A stretch of 44,744 nt of DNA from positions 6,290,070 through 6,334,813 of the forward strand of contig BFEA01000003.1 in NCBI GenBank assembly GCA_003427395.1, in the 5' to 3' direction. Under the pieces are notes generated by a model. That model saw nothing but the letters and a program-made list of their open reading frames with translations, had not been told where the DNA came from and made no database searches. How positions within the stretch are numbered: position 1 is the stretch's first letter; each line of letters starts with the position of its first letter. Below are positions 24,401-35,305 of this stretch, in pieces. Origin of the DNA: Chara braunii. Lineage: Eukaryota; Plantae; Charophyceae. Made by a program: the position numbers and the translations under genes.

Positions 24401-25740
24401 TGGTCTAAATTTTCTGAGAGATCTGTCTCCGGTGTTTCATCCGGTCTGCGGGAGGTAAGATTGTCCTTGAAGTAGAGGGCTGCGTATGTACACATGGCGT
24501 CTGATGTGGACGCGACTCTGGCTTCCGGGACAAAAGGGTGATTCAGCAGTTTCATGGTCTGGGCTGCCCTCTTAGGTAACAATCTCTGAAAAGACTCCTT
24601 GCTCATCCTATCATAGACAGAGATCCCTTTCACCGTCAGCCTCTCGGCCCATTCTTCAGATCTTGCCTGTTGGATACTATCCCATTTGTCCAGAAGTTTT
24701 GTCCTCTCCGCCGCCCATACTGTCGCGAACACTGGATGGGACTGCATGCGTTCTTCCACCCAGTGCAGGTCTCTCACTATCTCTGCTTCCTCTCTATTGC
24801 GGGATGCAGCTATAATGCGAGAAAAGATACTCAGGAAATTGGCTGATATGGCTGTGCCAGCGTCCCACCAGTCCCCAGCGGAATAAAAGTGCTGCTGGGA
24901 ATTGGGCCAACTAGTGAAGAACTTCTCTACCCAGGCCTTAAGGCCTGGGTCTTTGAGGTGTTGAACATTCAATCTGAAGAAGCCACTACCCCTATCCGCA
25001 ATGTTCATGAGGCTGAAGGACATTTTGATTGGGTAATGATCAGACATTGGGTGCCTTACAACCTCCACATTCGAAGCTGCGTCCCACCATGAGGGGCTCA
25101 GAAGAGCGTAGTCCAACCTTCTGCTACAACCTGCATTACTCCCCTCAGTGGCTAAGGAACCCCAAGTGAAACCTTTATCTGAAGGGTGCATAAGTCTGAA
25201 CGCATCGCACAGATCCAAGTCCGTCATATAGTCTACTAAGGAGAGGACGTCGGGGGTGACGCCCTGGGGCCTCATGAGGTCATCCAGGGAGCAGTTCCAA
25301 TCTCCTGCCACCAGGAGGTTGTCCACGTCGGGAGTGCAGGTCATCAAATCTTGGAAAAATCTGTTCGGTTCCGCCCTGTCCACCGGGGCATAGATCGCCA
25401 TTAATGCCCAGTCTGCCCCGAAGGCAGCAAACTTAACCCACGCCCATCTACCCTGACTACCCCAAAGGTCAATCGCATGGTCTAGGATTTCAATCGGAAG
25501 GTCTCGGTGAAACAGGATGCCGACCCCACCCCTGGTTCCCACCGAGGGGGACCAGAGTTGGGGCCCGTCTCACCAGTTACCCAATTCCGCAATCTTCTTG
25601 TCATCCAGTTTAGTTTCCTGGATGCACGCTATCTGAACTTGATGCCTATGGAGCCAGGATTTTAGGCGGACTTTCTTCCTCCTCCCAGTGGTGTCTCCCA
25701 GGCCTCTGAGGTTCCAGGAGACTACCTTCAGTTTATCCAT
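21487..25740 (-). pseudogene. LINE copy 3 ORF2: APE endonuclease, reverse transcriptase, CCHC zinc finger (disrupted)
   Basis: MDKLKVVSWNLRGLG...IQETK, AIYAP, AGDWN, RLDY, SDH (EN). GKSPGRDG, NWRPISLLNVSYK, LDLEKAYDRV, RQGCPLAP, ALADDL, YLGI (RT). CSRCRWPFESTVHLWLSC (zinc finger). A few stops and frameshifts. Confidence 0.95.
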
Positions 25741-28030
25741 TCATCGGCGTGGACTGTACCCTAGATTGGATGGGGAACTGCCCGGTCGTCGCTCGGGGGA
25801 TCGTGCTGGATGATGTACGGGGGTTGGCCCTTGGTGTTGGGCCAGATGCGGTTGAGGGCGCCCATTTCTGGGCCAAAGTATTATTCAGATAGATAGATTG
25901 CAGTGACTTGTTGCGTGGCAGTTTATCATTGAGCTTACCAAGGAAGCCCGCGTCCGAGACATGCTGCACATTCAGTTGTTGGAGGGAATCGACGTCCTCC
26001 TCAATGAACAGAGAGATCGGGATCATTCTCAGACCCTCTAACAGCAGCGAATCCAGTTTTTCAGGCTGGATGAACGCGTCCATTAGTGGGGTAAGCACCT
26101 TACACGAACGATTGGTTTGTTCCACGTAGAGACGGGGCAATGCCATATCAGGTACCAACCTAATAGGGAAGCGGTCACTGAAGATTTGCTTTGCGGCGTT
26201 GAGGATCGTTTGAGGTTTGATCGGTTCCTCAGTCTGCTGAGAGAGGAAGGTCACCCTCGAATCGTTCGATTGCCAGGCTATTGCGTGGATCGCTCCATTC
26301 ACCGTACAGAGGACAATCGGTACTAACCACTTTTCTAGACTGGCGGCCTGTGATTTAGTTACCGTGATTGCCCTTCTACTCCTCGAGGTTTTAACCCCTG
26401 TGTGTGGTAGTTCCGCTTTTGCATCTGAGTGAGCTGACGCAGAGGACTCTGCTTTGCTTGTTACCGATGTTCGAGATCGTTCCTTTGATGGTTCCTGGCC
26501 CCTTGGTGCTACTTCAAGCAGTAACTGTTTGGGATGGCTGGAGGTGGTGCGAATCGTTCTGGGTGCTTTCAACGGGGACTGGCCTCTGGTACCCCTGCCC
26601 TGCACTGCTACTGCTGATGTGGCCGCCTCCTCTTGCGGGATGGGCATCGCCTGCAAACCTGTCTCCGGTCTCTGCGGGGTAGCTGCCATATTCCCTTATC
26701 CTGTAACCATTCCTGTGGCCATTCTGGTCTGGGAATCTGGGCAATGTCCGTGCCCGGGGGGGCAGGTTCTTCTCGTGCATTTTCCGCTGCTTTCAACAGG
26801 TAGGACATAGCCGGGTACAGATACCTGAGATACGGGTTACGAGGTGGGGGAACGAATTCCCGCTGCGAACTTGGTTGCGAATCCAGCCCTTCCCACTTGA
26901 GGTGCGTAGGGGTCGACTCCCAGTGGCTGTCCTGGTGAGAACATTGGGTTAACGACAGACCTTGATAACAACTCTTGCCTACCCATACTGCCATCTACCA
27001 TATCAATTGGTCGGGATGGCGACCTGACCGGGGAGGGGCTTCTTGAATGCATACCCGAGTTAGGAGAGTTCTGATGAGAGAGCGGGCCATGGTATTTAGG
27101 GAGCTGGACGACACTGACGAACTATCGTTATCCGGAGTACCAGGACTTCTTCCTGACATGAACCGACTGCGTCTTCGATTGGAATTGCTTTTCTTTCTCG
27201 TGCACTGATCTTCTGTGTGGAAGTACCATCTACAGTGAGTACAGTAGGGGGTGGAGGCTGAGGCTAATCTGATTTCCACCATCTCTCCCTTGATTGTACG
27301 TACCCATACCCTACCTTTAAATTTATCTCTGCAACTCGGATCTATTTCACACTTAACATTTAACAACCTTGGATTGGAAGAGAAGCCATCGGGGGGATCC
27401 ATTTTTGTGACTGGACCTATTACCTTTGCCAGGGAGGAGCGGAGGTACACGTAAGCATCCAGAGGGACTTGGATAGCGAGAACCCAGAACGTGTTTTCCA
27501 ATTCATCCTTCCTGAATTCCTTCCATTCGGCCTTTGGCATCCATGCTTTCATTTCGAACACATACTGCTGTTTCTTCAAATTGACCTCACCAATCCCTTC
27601 GTTTGTCATCCATTCTGCAACTACCTTGTCCCTTGCCACGTAGGAGATGACATTTGGACCTTCGAATTTCACTCTACCTCTTGCGACTGGTGGGTCAAAA
27701 ATGCCCTCTTTCAACCAGCCGTTTTCATAGGCCCGAACGATATCCTCTTTTACCTTTCTCGGGAGATTCCTTGCCTCATCTCTGAAAATTATCACCACAG
27801 TCCGTTCCTTCAACCATTGGACCTTAACCTTATCAAATTTTTCGTTAACTGTAACTACAGCCTCCTTTCCATCAATCTCCAAATCATCGAAGGGGATATC
27901 TTCTGGGCAAATTCCCTCATCATAGCACATCTCCATCAATAATCTTACTCTCTCCTCGAAACCTTCATCCTGATCGTTTGAGGACCTTCTTCTTCTCTAT
28001 CCGCCATCACCAATTCGACTGCCATGACAT
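25733..28030 (-). pseudogene. LINE copy 3 ORF1 (gag-like, CCHC zinc knuckle, low-complexity linker, C-terminal domain; disrupted)
   Basis: ORF 26995-27939 carries CTHCRWYFHTEDQC (CX2CX4HX4C). ORF 25733-26689 shares EKWLVPIVLC..HAIAWQ..TFLS with copy 1 (EQVLVPLVC..WAIVWQ..TLLS). Confidence 0.85.
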
Positions 28031-28044
28031 CCTAGGGTATCGGA

Positions 28045-28335
28045 AGGTTACCTGAGGAATCGATAGAGCAAACAGCAATACTAAGGTTACCTTGGACCGG
28101 AAAGCCTCGTTTACACAATCGCCAACGATATGACGCGTGGAAGCGATATCCGGGGAACGGGATTACGACAGATTGAATAAGGGGGATTGTGTAGTCGTGG
28201 CTGAAGCAATCGATACCGCAGAGAGCCACACTAAGGTTTCCTTGAACCGGACAGCCACCATTACACAATCGCCAACAATAATGACGAGTGGGAATGAAAT
28301 CCGGGGAGCAGGGTTTCGGCAGATTGAATAAGAAG
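28045..28335. repeat. Two diverged ~150-bp tandem monomers in the 5' UTR of LINE copy 3
   Basis: ATCGATA...CTAAGGTT.CCTTG.ACCGGA.AGCC...TTACACAATCGCCAAC.ATA...ATCCGGGGA.C.GG...CAGATTGAATAAG occurs twice. Confidence 0.7.
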
Positions 28336-29510
28336 AGTAGTTCGGCAGATGGGGAGTTCGTCAAGCTCTACAACGATTCCTATTACTTGCACCTTGTGTC
28401 TGACGGTGCCTCAGGGCGATGTCTTAGGGCACAGCTCAGTGCGTGGTCGACGCGGGGTGCGCAATTGCTCCTCTATTCTGCTGCTCTTGAGCCCTCTGCC
28501 CGGACGGTGGTGTTGCATTGCCTCCCCCAGGAGGCTCAGGGCTCTTCTACCTCACACTGCACTAAGTCTGTCCCCTCGTGTCCAGATGTTGTTCTACAGC
28601 GAATTCTGTGAGTACAACGGAATGGCTTCCTATCTGCTTCGCGACTTGCCACCCAAGATCCGGGCATGCCTATAACTCTGCCTGGTTAAAACTAGTTTCC
28701 GAGAAAGATCGATTGCAGTCGGCCCAGTCTTCTCCGTCTGCCACAATTTCAAGGAAAAACGAAACCTAAATTGCGCGGGACGGTAGAAGTAAACCAGGAC
28801 ATAACTGGCAAAGCAGGAATTACCAACGAAGAGCAACTACCTACGCTGCAGCCTAAATTCTCACATTCAGGAGCCATCTTTCTACGATTGCTTGTCCTGC
28901 ACTACCACGGCTACCATTCTTCCAAACATCGCGAAAGGGCGACTGAGAGATATGAGAGTCATCCATTCTTCACAACATGGGGCTAAAGCGAGAGTTTACC
29001 CCGGTGAAAGCTGCTGCGACGTCTTGCCGCAGTCGGTCTCGCCTCTACCGACGTATGTCCAGGCTGAAAGTCTCCGTAGTCCAGATCACACCTGTGCCGA
29101 CATTCCAATATTCCTGGAGAGCGGCGGCGGGGAAAATCCTCCGTCGTGGTGAAGGGGACAGGCGTACGAAGGTACACCGCCATGGCTGGGACCATGGTTC
29201 GTCGCCTTCACCGCGGTAACTTGCGCTGCGGTAGCGCTAGTACCGCTCGACGGGTCGGCTGGTAACCGGACAGTTGCCAGGCGACGGCGCTAGGCCACGA
29301 GCGCTCTACCGGCGCCGTTGGCGGCGCTCCCGCATCTCCCACACCAAAGACTGTTTTTGTGACCCCCGCGTAGTTACGCCTTCTTGTTTTTTTTTGCATC
29401 GAGCAGTAACAAGCATGAGGGTTATAAAACCTCCCCGCCCGAGAAGTTATAAAACCTCAGCGCAGTGAAACCTTTGTATTCATTTCACCCCAAATGGGGC
29501 AAAAGGTGTC

Positions 29511-29624
29511 GCAGGCCCCAAAATGACTTCTGGCATCATTTTTGCACCTGTAAAACAATTTCCCGCCAATTTTGCAGGCCCCAAAATGACTTCTGGCATC
29601 ATTTTTGCACCTGTAAAACAATTT
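29511..29624 (+). repeat. ~50-bp direct repeat x2 (GCAGGCCCCAAAATGACTTCTGGCATCATTTTTGCACCTGTAAAACAATTT)
   Basis: Two near-identical copies ~63 bp apart. Confidence 0.85.
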
Positions 29625-30453
29625 GCCAGCGGGCGTCTCTCTGGGCGTCGTCACACGGGACACGAAACGAAAAACGAAAGGAATGTATCTTCCCCCAGAA
29701 GATAGCCAGGTTCATCGGTTTGCTATAAATAGTAACGACTGTATTTTGCCACCTTCGGTGGGCAGATGCACTGGTTTCGTTTTCGTTTCGTGTGCCGTGC
29801 CGCGAGACCCTCTATGGGACTCTATGGGACTGCAATAAGGATTCCATGACAGAGGAGAGCACGCGAGCTGCGCGACGTCCTTTCTCTTTTCGGGTGAAAA
29901 AAAAAAAAAAAACAAAAAAAAAAACGGACTAACAACCATTGGACTTTGGATAAAACAGACTGAATTTCGAATTCTGGTGGGATCAGATGAAAAAAACATT
30001 CCTCGGGCTCACCTTGGGCCGCTCATCTGCATGCTGCTATTCCTCGAACCAAAAAAAAAGAACCCTTCGAATCTGAATCTACCTCCACCGTTACGGACAA
30101 GTTCATTCGACCAGCTGACCAGTGATTCAACCAGTCAAACACCTGACTGCCTCCATCCATCCATTGATCAGTCTTGCTGTAAAAATAGTAGAGAAAAAAA
30201 TCATACGTACAAGAAGAATGTCCAATCTTTTCTCCATTAATAATAACAAACTCTTTTGTTTGTCTAAATAAGTATACGTTTTTTTTGTTACTTTTTGAAC
30301 AGGCAGATTACCATAAAAAATAGATAACTTTTTAATCGCTTGTAATTTTTGTGAAAATTCACCGGCCTTGTTTGTAATCTTTTTTTTTTTTTTTTTTTTT
30401 TTTTTCTTGTAATATAAGCTCCGATCTTTTCGGCGTTCTCGCGGGGAGCAGCA

Positions 30454-30597
30454 CGTGCTGGAAACGGGGCCCAGCTTCCCATTTGAAGTATAAACAAAAC
30501 AAAAAATACATCAAGAGTCTGGACGGCGTGCTGGGAACCGGGCCCAGCGTCCCATTTGAAGTACGAACCAAACAAAAAATGCATTAAGAGTCTGGAG
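30454..30597 (+). repeat. ~74-bp tandem duplication (CGTGCTGG.AAC.GGGCCCAGC.TCCCATTTGAAGTA...AAGAGTCTGGA)
   Basis: Two adjacent diverged copies. Confidence 0.8.
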
Positions 30598-30986
30598 TCT
30601 GGACCTACTATGCCCTCCTGCCAGCATTGTGATTACATCATTCCCCTACTCGTGAGGGGATTGACTGATCAATCAATTAAGGGCCCAAGGGGTACCTACG
30701 CCTCTTTAACTTCAGACATTCCCTCGAACATAACACCCCCAGAACCGAGAAACCTACCTTGTGTACATTACTACATTCTACCTTTTGCCTGAAGTGCATT
30801 TTCAAACTCAAACGCTGACTCCGCAATACTTTTCTCATCACGTAATCAATCAATCAGTGGGGCAATCACTCCGTCAGTCACTCTCAGTCGTTCAATAAAT
30901 GGATTAAATCTATCTTTGACAATTGAATTGTTGAAAGGTTAATCAGCTAGTCTATTTGACGATATATATATATATATATATATATT

Positions 30987-31152
30987 GGTTAAGGTAGATG
31001 ATCATTTACAATGTAATCAGTGAGGGGATTCTGCAGATTGTTAAGGGTTCAGCCTCCTGATGAGTCCGACGAAACAGTTTGTCACAGCCCCTCGTTTGTT
31101 GTCCTCTTCTCTCTCTCTGCCTACCATTTACCGGGCAGTTCTGTTTGTGACG
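30987..31152 (+). mobile_element. Second, 5'-shorter copy of the hammerhead element in (AT)n; ribozyme degenerate
   Basis: CTGATGA (31057-31063) GTCCGAC GAAAC AGTTT GTC (31081-31083) ACAGCC. Stem II collapsed by a 10-nt deletion between AGTC repeats. (AT)n on both sides. Confidence 0.8.
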
Positions 31153-33903
31153 ATATATATATATATATATAAATCCATCAGTCAGAAAATGAAACCACCA
31201 TTTTGTTTTTTCTCATGCTAAGACTTTGCGGGACACGTCATTTGGAGCAGAACCATGAGACTGTCAGAGACGCCCCATCTGCAGTCGTCCTTGCTATACA
31301 CAAAAACAATGAAACATTGAAACCTCTTTATTGATGCAGGGACCTGAGCATGTTGAACATATTATTATTAATTAACAATCTGAGATACTCGATTACTTAA
31401 CAATGTAATCCCCAGAATAACCGATACGAAAGCCCAACCATCCGGCGCCCTCTACGCCATTTCCCCCATGGGTCACCTCTGCTTAGGCTTTTTGCCCACC
31501 ATAATCTCCTCCTTGACCTCCTCTCTTCTGTCCACTTTCTCTTCTGTCACCACATTCCCCCTCTGCTTCTTCTTTTGGGCCACCCCTACCAAAGGTATCG
31601 TCCACACGCACTGCACTGAAGGTATTGTCCACAAACGAAAAAGAAGTGTCGTCACCAAAAATCACTCATCATCCAAAATTTGAATTGTGAACCCACATTC
31701 AACCCCGCACTAGTAGAGAGGGGTTAAAACCTAAAATGCACAGGGACGAACTCTCTACGGCTCGTCGGCTCCCAAAGGTCTCTATAATTATGTGATGTGA
31801 TGTGACATAGTAAATGTTGGGATTTCAGTGACTCCAACAGTCTCTTAACTTGTCTTAAGTTGGAGAGTGCATGCCAAGGTCAGTTGCTACACCCCATGAA
31901 CTGTAGAAATGCAGACCCAACCCAAGTTCTAGCAAGTTCTAATTCAGATGCAGTCAGATGAACAGAATAAAATAATTTCCGAACTACCTGGGGGCCTGGG
32001 GCTGGCAAGCTGAATGAAGTGGGGTATAGCCAGGCCGTTCGCCCTTCGTAACTTGACAGAAAAGCAGAGTAAAACAAAAGGCGAGGCCGGAGAGTGCACC
32101 AACCACGGAGGAAGTCCAGCAAGGGGCTTCGCAGGCCGGGTTCAGCCCACCTGTGGACACAGAGGGTCCACCCACTAGCTCAGACATCACTCAAGATCAG
32201 GACTCACATGGAATTGGGAGAAGAGAGACACCTTGCCACAACTGGGAATAACCTTATTTTTCAAATGGGAAATCTACAAAAGAAGTGGTGCATTTTTTTG
32301 GACGTGCATGGACGAGCTCACGCTCCCGTGAGATCATACAGCCGCCTCCTGGCTGCGATTTCGTTCGAGATCCATCCATTCTGACTGCGTCGGACAAGCA
32401 AGGAGTTGCGGCCACTTGCTGGATTCCTGAGGATTCCTCAGGACTTGGCTTCGGACCTCCCGTAGTTCTCTCCTGTGGACCCTCGTCCCAGACTCTCAAG
32501 TGCCTCAACCACAATGAAATGAAGGGAAGCGGAGAGGTACTTGCCAAAGGGAAGCGGAGAGGTACTTGCCAAAGGCCGCAGTGAACCAAAAATCTGGGTT
32601 CCAAAGTACAGAAGCACTGAACAATGGGATTGCTTTGCTTGGACAATACATGATGGATGGATCTTCGCCCTGATTGATTGTCCGCCAGATTCATTGCCCG
32701 TTAAAACAGGCCAAAACAGTGCGAAGGGGGCTTTCACCCAGGTGGAAGAAGTTTGGCCCCGTATTACCAAACGGCCCAAGTTTGGGCGCCGAAAACCGAA
32801 AAGGATTTCGCTTGGGCGCTTTTGCCCACCAATTATCCCCTACATCTTCCCTCCTCGGGAAACCGAAAAGGTTTTGGCGTGGGCGCTTTCTTCCACCAAT
32901 TATCCCCGAAATTTGTCCTCCAGAGCATATCCCCCCCTCTCCCCTCCCCNCCCCCCCCCCCTATGTTTCTCTTACCCTTCCTTAAGTTCCCTTGACTTGA
33001 CTAAGTTGACTCCTGTGGACCTCCCCCTGTCTGCCGAAGTGCCATTACTTCATTTACTGCATTTATAGTCTTCCTCTTCTCCTCTTCCAAAGGAAAACAT
33101 CAGACCAAGGAAGGGAAGGGCAAGAGAAACATAGCGGGACCATCGGGACGTTAAAGGTAGGAGCACGATAAAGGAAGGAGGTAGCAGTCCTGAGTCCTCT
33201 CCTACAAGCTCCCTTTCTACTTCAAGTTGTGCGTGTATCTTTCTTCACGGACGAGTTCTTGTTTTGTGTCCAGGACTGGTACCAAACTGGGGGAGGGTCG
33301 CAACAAATAAACGGACTGGGACTTCGTCCAGAGGGAAAAGAACAAGACAGAAGGGGGAGGAAAAACAAAAAGAATAGACTGGTCTCAGTTGTCTGCTATT
33401 CCAAAGCAGCACAGCTGAAAGCTGCACTTTTCCAGGCACCTCCAAAACAGGACTCTCAGATAGTTTGTAGTTACAGGCGGGGCGTTGTAGACAAAGTTTA
33501 TACCAAAAACATTTTGGTTTATCGCACGGGTTTCGGGAAATGATTTTGGCACACAAATACAGAGCCAGGTTCATAATCCTGTAGAACGAGGTTGAGCAGG
33601 CGGGAGCCAGGTTATCCTTGTGGATGGGATTTACTTTGAGGGCAAATTGGGGATATACCAGTAGCAACTATATCGGTCTGCGCCGGTATTGGGAGAAAGA
33701 AACACGCTTGCTAGTAACCCAGCCTTTTCTGAGGTGTATCTATAAGAAGATATACCAGTCTTTTATGCTGCAATGGGGCTAGTTGTCCAGGACCCGTTGG
33801 CCTCTGAGTGCTTGGGGCTGAGTACTCAGCTCCAACTTACGAAGGTCATGAAAAAAATTCCAGTAACTGATGGAACAAATTGAAAAGGAATTAGAGTATA
33901 TAG

Positions 33904-34046
33904 AAGATACTCAGACTAGGCCCTCAAAATCACAAAATCACAAAATGAGCGGCCAGATCGAGTCCTGCTTTTACAACGACTCAATCGCGCCGCTGATTTT
34001 GCAATTTTGAATTTTGCGATTTTGAGGGACTACAGTGAGTATGCCC
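33904..34046. mobile_element. MITE-like fold-back element (ATACTCA...CCCTCAAAATC / GATTTTGAGGG...TGAGTATGCCC)
   Basis: Imperfect long TIRs. The right end GTGAGTATGCCC is identical to that of the 41403-41553 element. TAG lies on both flanks. Confidence 0.6.
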
Positions 34047-34395
34047 TAGGCTGCTACGGGGTTCCCCGTATGACCAAAAAAAATAGTTGTAGTGGTAGGT
34101 AGGTAGCGTGAACCTAAATTGAATATAATTTTATGAAAAGATTAAGGTAGGAAAAGTAGAGAAAGACAGCAACGGTCACCCAGCCAGGCCCATAAATGAT
34201 AAAGCCAGTCCCCTCCAAAAGACAAAAAAAATAACACAGCGAAAAACTTATATACAGACTCCCTGGAAGGAGCTATTGGCCCACGGAGGAAGACTCGGCG
34301 CGTCTATGACCTATAGCACTCACAGAGTACTACACACGGTATTGACAATAGACATCCACTCGAGGAACCTCTCTCTACCATTCCAGAAAGAGGTT

Positions 34396-34477
34396 CTATT
34401 CGAGATCGTGCTACTATTCGAGAATGCGGCACTATTCGAGGAAGTGCTTTACTATTCGAGAAACTGGTACTATTCGA
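34396..34477 (+). repeat. 18-20-bp period minisatellite with core CTATTCGA (5 copies)
   Basis: Core at 34396, 34414, 34432, 34452 and 34470. Confidence 0.8.
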
Positions 34478-34546
34478 TATAGTGCTACTCTAATGCAAGA
34501 CTCTGCCGTTGGTCTTCCTGCTATCTAACCAAACTCAGCAAACTGA

Positions 34547-34714
34547 GGGCCAACCAGATCACACTGGCAAAGAGGATTGGAATTAGTGTCTGAATCTGGA
34601 CGTGTTCCACACAGATTCAGAAAAGCAGATCAATCACAGTTTATTGCACCTCTCCTCATACACTTCCAGATTCAGACACTTATTCCAATCATTTTCGCCT
34701 GTCGGATCTCGCCC
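34547..34714. mobile_element. Second copy of the 2751-2914 palindromic MITE family
   Basis: GCAAAGAGGATTGGAAT...GAATCTGGACGTGTTCCAC...CAGAAAAGCAG.TCAATCACA...TGCACCTCTCC...TTATTCCAATC...GGATCT shared. Ends GGGC / GCCC-TTA. Confidence 0.7.
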
Positions 34715-35305
34715 TTATTCCCATAGGGTCAACAAACGAACAGTGACCAGCAGCAACCACCCGTCCTAAGAGACTGAGGAAGCGCTTGCACTGACATTGA
34801 GCAACATACGGGATCTCAGTGCGCTTAGCTTGACGATCGGCCGGGACACGTGTAGGGTAGTTCCGTCAGCAGATCGTCAAGCTATGGCGCCTTGCCCCTA
34901 CATCAGCAGATCGTCACTATTCGTTCGTTGACGAATACATAGACCAGCAGCAGCCACCCGTCCTAAGAGACTGAGGAAGCACAATGAGATCTCAGTGCGC
35001 TTCCTCCTCAGTCTCTCCAACAGTGCAAGCACTTCACAGATGAAACAAGACCAAGACATAGACCAGACAAGAGATAGAACTCCCCCCCCTCTCCACCCCT
35101 CCCCTCCTGCCCCCCTCCCCCCAGCGCATCAATACGTTGAATATTCAATGAAGCACAACATGAAGCAGGCGCAAGGCGCCATAGCCTGACGATCTGCTGA
35201 CGGAGCTACCCTACACGTGTCTCGGCCGGGCTGACGGAAGTACCCTACACTGAGGAATCTCACTGCCCACTCGGTTGCACTTGCATCGGTTGCTCTCCGG
35301 TCGGG

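Larger units (their letters stand above)
21108..29345 (-). mobile_element. Near full-length (~8.2 kb) L1/Tx1-clade LINE (copy 3) with TSD AAAGACTGTTTTT
   Basis: Identical 13-mer at 21095-21107 and 29346-29358. (A/TAA)n tail at ~21108-21159. ORF1 and ORF2 remnants lie in order, with a GC-rich 5' end. Confidence 0.9.

Noticed and set aside
31708-31730. CACTAGTAG as a possible CACTA transposon end
   Set aside because: No matching inverted end found in the window.
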